DNA from: Candidatus Methanoperedenaceae archaeon
GTDB taxonomy: Archaea > Halobacteriota > Methanosarcinia > Methanosarcinales > Methanoperedenaceae
Length of the DNA: 64,000 bases
Reading direction: 5' to 3'
Assembly: GCA_963753595.1 (NCBI GenBank)
Contig: CAVWCX010000003.1
Location: 1 to 64,000 of the forward strand
Position 1 is the stretch's first letter, and every line of letters starts with the position of its first letter. The position numbers and the translations under genes were made by a program. The notes beneath the pieces were generated by a model. It was not told where the DNA came from, searched no databases, and was given only the letters and a program-made list of their open reading frames with translations. Shown here one piece after another: positions 60,648 to 64,000 of this stretch.

Positions 60648-60803
60648 TCAATCGTATTGTGCACCTTCTGGCTGTTCTGCCTTGCGTGCTCTCAGTTTTG
60701 CATAGAAATCTTTCTGTCTCTTTTTCTCGGCTGGGTCTTCTTTTGCAACTTTTACTTTCTGTGCATTCTCTGCGTTGTCCATCGAGTTTTCAAGTCCTGC
60801 CAT
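60648..60803 (-). CDS. 51-aa charged microprotein
   Basis: MAGLENSMDNAENAQKVKVAKEDPAEKKRQKDFYAKLRARKAEQPEGAQYD; AGGAGGTGA RBS. Confidence 0.7.
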   Translation of the reverse strand: MAGLENSMDNAENAQKVKVAKEDPAEKKRQKDFYAKLRARKAEQPEGAQYD

Positions 60804-61092
60804 TGTTTTTCACCTCCTGTTTTTTTGATTATAATAATTAATCATTAAGTAACCTGTATTTAAGTCTAACGCCCTACTTAATATATATTTTAAAAGAACT
60901 TTTTCTTGAAAAGATGATGTTCAGCAATCCTAATTTTAGTTTTTAATTTGGGTCTAATATTGGAAAAGCCATTTAACTATAACGCAAATACACAATATAA
61001 TTATCGGGAGCGCCAGAATTAAACCCAATTCTTAGCTACTGCTATCCGATCAGTATTTTTGTCAGAGAATATTTTAATTTTACAAATAGAGC

Positions 61093-62073
61093 TCATTCCG
61101 GTACAACAATAACCTTCAAAGATTCCCTTGCCCCTCCCGCTATTTTAAATCCCTTCTGGATATCTTCCAGCTTTACCCTGTCAGTTATCATATCCCTGAC
61201 ATTGATCTTCTTATCCTTGATCAATAGAAGCGCCTCTTCCAGGTCAATGGGCGCTGCGCCATAACTGGATACAATGCTCAATTCATTCCTCCAGAAATCT
61301 TCAACAGGGATCGGGATATTCTTATTCGGGATGGCAAAGAGCATAATTATCCCTTTCTTATCAATGAACCGAAACGCTGCTTCAAAAGCAGGCATTGCTC
61401 CCGTACACATTATTATCCGGTCAGCTTTCAAGTCCAATTCTTCACTGGCATTAAAAACCTCATCTGCCCCGAAAACACCTGCCTTTTCCAGCCTATAATC
61501 ATTGATATCCGTTGCAATGACCCTTGCATTTTTTAATTTTGCCACAACAATGTTCAACAGGCCTGAGATCCCGGAACCCATGACAAGAACAGTCTGGCCA
61601 GCTTTGACACCGATCAATCTCTGCGCCCTTACAACACATGCAAGAGGCTCGATCATCGTTCCTTCTTCATAAGAGATACTGGCAGGAAGAAGGTAAGTTC
61701 CGCTATTCACATTGATCTGGGGTACCCTGACAAATTCACTGAATCCACCGGGGTCGTAATTACCTTTATGCAGCGTTTCACAGGCCGTATGATTTCCGGA
61801 AAGACAGTATTTGCATTCGTTGCATGGGACATGATGGCTTACGAAAACCCTTTGACCCACTTTGAATTTATCAGACTTTGATTCAACTATTTCGCCTGTC
61901 ATCTCATGGCCAAGTACCCGCGGGGCTTTCTTGATCCTGTACCATTCCATCAGGTCAGTCCCGCAAATGCCTGATGCTTTGACCTTTACAAGGATTTCCC
62001 CATTATTTATTTCAGGTTTTGGTCTTTCCTCTATCCTGATATCGTTATTGTTGTAATATATTGCGGTTTTCAT
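61093..62073 (-). CDS. Zn-dependent medium-chain alcohol/polyol dehydrogenase
   Basis: GICGTD, GHE, CNECKYC....C, GSGISG. Confidence 0.9.
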   Translation of the reverse strand: MKTAIYYNNNDIRIEERPKPEINNGEILVKVKASGICGTDLMEWYRIKKAPRVLGHEMTGEIVESKSDKFKVGQRVFVSHHVPCNECKYCLSGNHTACETLHKGNYDPGGFSEFVRVPQINVNSGTYLLPASISYEEGTMIEPLACVVRAQRLIGVKAGQTVLVMGSGISGLLNIVVAKLKNARVIATDINDYRLEKAGVFGADEVFNASEELDLKADRIIMCTGAMPAFEAAFRFIDKKGIIMLFAIPNKNIPIPVEDFWRNELSIVSSYGAAPIDLEEALLLIKDKKINVRDMITDRVKLEDIQKGFKIAGGARESLKVIVVPE

Positions 62074-62076
62074 TAT

Positions 62077-62859
62077 TTATTTTTTCGATTGTTCATAAAT
62101 CTCATAAGCCATATCCACCGGCTTACTATCATGGACGATCGCCCTTACGGCCTTTATCATACCCACAGGGCTGTCACTCTGGAAAATATTCCGTCCCATA
62201 TCAACACCAATTGCGCCATCTGATATTGCGCTATGAGCCATTTTCAGGGCATCCATTTCAGGCAGCTTCTTTCCGCCTGCTATTACAACAGGTACATTTC
62301 CGCATGCTTCCACTATTTTCCCGAAATCCTCAGTATAATAGGTTTTTATTATATGCGCCCCGATCTCAACGCAAATCCTTGAAGCAAGGCCAAGGTAGCG
62401 CGCATCCCGGACCATTTCTTTCCCGACAGCGGTAACTGCAAGAACAGGGATACCATATTTTTCACCGTCATCAACAAGCTTTGAAAGATTTTCTATCGTC
62501 TCTTTTTCAAATTCCCCGCCTACATATACGGAACATGTGATCGCAGATGCGTTTATCCTTATCGCATCTTCTATGCATGTTGTTATGGTTTCATTGGATA
62601 ATTCCTTCAGGATGCTTTGCCCGCCAGAAACGCGTAAAATTATGGGAATATCAATCGTTGGCTCTATCCAGTTCCTTATCGCGCCCCTTGTTATCATCAA
62701 AGCATCAGCGTAAGGCAATAAGGGTTCAACTGTCTTTCCCAGAGTGGAAAGACCCGTCGTTGGCCCCTGGAAATAACCATGATCAACAGCAAGCATTACG
62801 CACCGCCCTGTTTTGGGCTTGATTATCCGTGAAATCCTGTTCTTCATTCCCCAGTTCAT
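62077..62859 (-). CDS. lsrF: LsrF-like class I aldolase/thiolase
   Basis: WGMKNRI, LAVDHGYFQGPT, IKTYY, IAGGKK, GVDMGRNIFQ. Confidence 0.88.
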   Translation of the reverse strand: MNWGMKNRISRIIKPKTGRCVMLAVDHGYFQGPTTGLSTLGKTVEPLLPYADALMITRGAIRNWIEPTIDIPIILRVSGGQSILKELSNETITTCIEDAIRINASAITCSVYVGGEFEKETIENLSKLVDDGEKYGIPVLAVTAVGKEMVRDARYLGLASRICVEIGAHIIKTYYTEDFGKIVEACGNVPVVIAGGKKLPEMDALKMAHSAISDGAIGVDMGRNIFQSDSPVGMIKAVRAIVHDSKPVDMAYEIYEQSKK

Positions 62860-62876
62860 TTTAAATTACCTCCTAT

Positions 62877-63092
62877 TTATTCAGGTCTGACGAGCAAATA
62901 ACCTTTTTCGATCAGCCAGTGATGGAATTCATAGGTCGTATGCAGGCAGTTTTCCTTGCATATTTCCCTCAGGTCATTATAATCTTCAGTGTCCTGCTCT
63001 TTCTTATTCATCATTATCTGTATATGACATCCAATGTCATTACAATATTCTCTTCGTTTATAGTCTATAAATCCCTTGATTGGCACAATCAC
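62877..63092 (-). CDS. Small Cys/His-rich hypothetical protein
   Basis: YCNDIGC...ICKENC..TTYEFHHWL. Confidence 0.7.
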   Translation of the reverse strand: MIVPIKGFIDYKRREYCNDIGCHIQIMMNKKEQDTEDYNDLREICKENCLHTTYEFHHWLIEKGYLLVRPE

Positions 63093-63140
63093 AAAGCGGA
63101 TTCCGAATACTTAAAATTTTCGGAAAAGAACTCCTCTTTT

Positions 63141-64000
63141 TCAAATAATAAATCCGGTCTCACTCTTGGGCAGTGCCTTTATCAGGATAAAGTCCCTCAT
63201 CTTCGAGGGCAAAACCCGGGCCACTTCTTTCATGGTCACACCTTCCACGAATTTGATATTCTCTATTTGCTCATGATATTCCCCATAAGGCAGTTTGACC
63301 CTTACCCCGTTCATCTGCAAGGTTATAGGTAATGGATGCAGGTTGTCAACTATTTCCGCGACCTGCTCTTCGATCTCTTTCTTGATACGGGGCGGCGCAA
63401 CAGACGGCGGATCTTTGGCGATCTCAACCCTGACGTCATCAAGGACCTTTCCGATAACTGCGGAGAGCTTATCAAGAGTCTTGAGTTCCTCAGCATGCCG
63501 CAGGTGGTGAAGTATCCTTCCAAAGCTTCCTACATATGCTGTGGCATTGGGCACATCTTCAGTCCTTAGTTCCGGCGCACCTGTTACAACTATGGGGATT
63601 TCAATCCCTTCATATAGTTTCTTTGATTTTTCGATTATACAATGCTCATAATTCCCAAGGATGAAAACCGCAACATCGTGTTCATTGATAAGGTCGCGCT
63701 CAAAAGCCGTAAGCTGGCAGATCCTTTTTCCCACGCCGCGGGCAAGACCTACCATATTTGTCTTTGCGCCCTGTTTTCTGAGGAACTCGGCTATATCACA
63801 GTCAAGATGGGGAAGATGATGATAAGCTAGCGTCGGGGCGACTGTTGCTATTTCGCTGCCGGTGAGAGGCGCTCTTGTAAGCTTTCCCAGGAGTTCTTTT
63901 GACTTGATCTCTACAATTGAAATGTCATTTATGGGGACAAGCATCAAAAGTACAACTTCGGATTGCATGATGTTCTTTTGCAGGATATATCCGCCAAGGT
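63141..64000 (-). CDS. mmp7: Methanogenesis marker protein 7 (5' end beyond window)
   Basis: LGGYILQKNIMQ, PTLAYHHLPHLDCDIAEFLR, MVGLARGVG; frame open to window end. Confidence 0.88.
   Translation of the reverse strand, partial: LGGYILQKNIMQSEVVLLMLVPINDISIVEIKSKELLGKLTRAPLTGSEIATVAPTLAYHHLPHLDCDIAEFLRKQGAKTNMVGLARGVGKRICQLTAFERDLINEHDVAVFILGNYEHCIIEKSKKLYEGIEIPIVVTGAPELRTEDVPNATAYVGSFGRILHHLRHAEELKTLDKLSAVIGKVLDDVRVEIAKDPPSVAPPRIKKEIEEQVAEIVDNLHPLPITLQMNGVRVKLPYGEYHEQIENIKFVEGVTMKEVARVLPSKMRDFILIKALPKSETGFII

Overview
Archaeal chromosomal window, most consistent with a Methanosarcinales/Ca. Methanoperedens-like euryarchaeote. This is inferred from gene content (methanogenesis marker 7, archaeal histone, S6e, mvk-ipk-fni-rnj-idsA operon, PGF-CTERM proteins) and was not confirmed by a search. 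Housekeeping blocks (tatA, pyrBI, tRNA-Phe, rps6e, isoprenoid operon, cdc48, purA, truD, thrC, cdc6, histone, mmp7) are interspersed with accessory regions. (i) A small-gene islet 3' of tRNA-Phe, in which one gene is flanked by two copies of a palindromic site. (ii) An intact ISNCY-type IS with 17-bp TIRs and a 9-bp TSD just upstream of mvk. (iii) A locus of uncharacterised secreted proteins sharing a 'WQ.Y.GN.SG...Y.F..EL' domain plus a CWB2-like membrane anchor. This is my best candidate for an undescribed system, possibly a surface filament. (iv) A ~9 kb flavoprotein/thiol/metal cluster containing several unannotated Cys-rich microproteins. (v) An AT-rich ~10 kb island (NitT/TauT-type importer, two UbiA prenyltransferases, PGF-CTERM protein, LolCDE/MacB-type exporter) bounded by a hicAB remnant and an IS110 with a structured, bridge-RNA-like end. 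Many genes are split by single-base indels, mostly in homopolymers, which look like sequencing errors. No CRISPR array or rRNA was seen.
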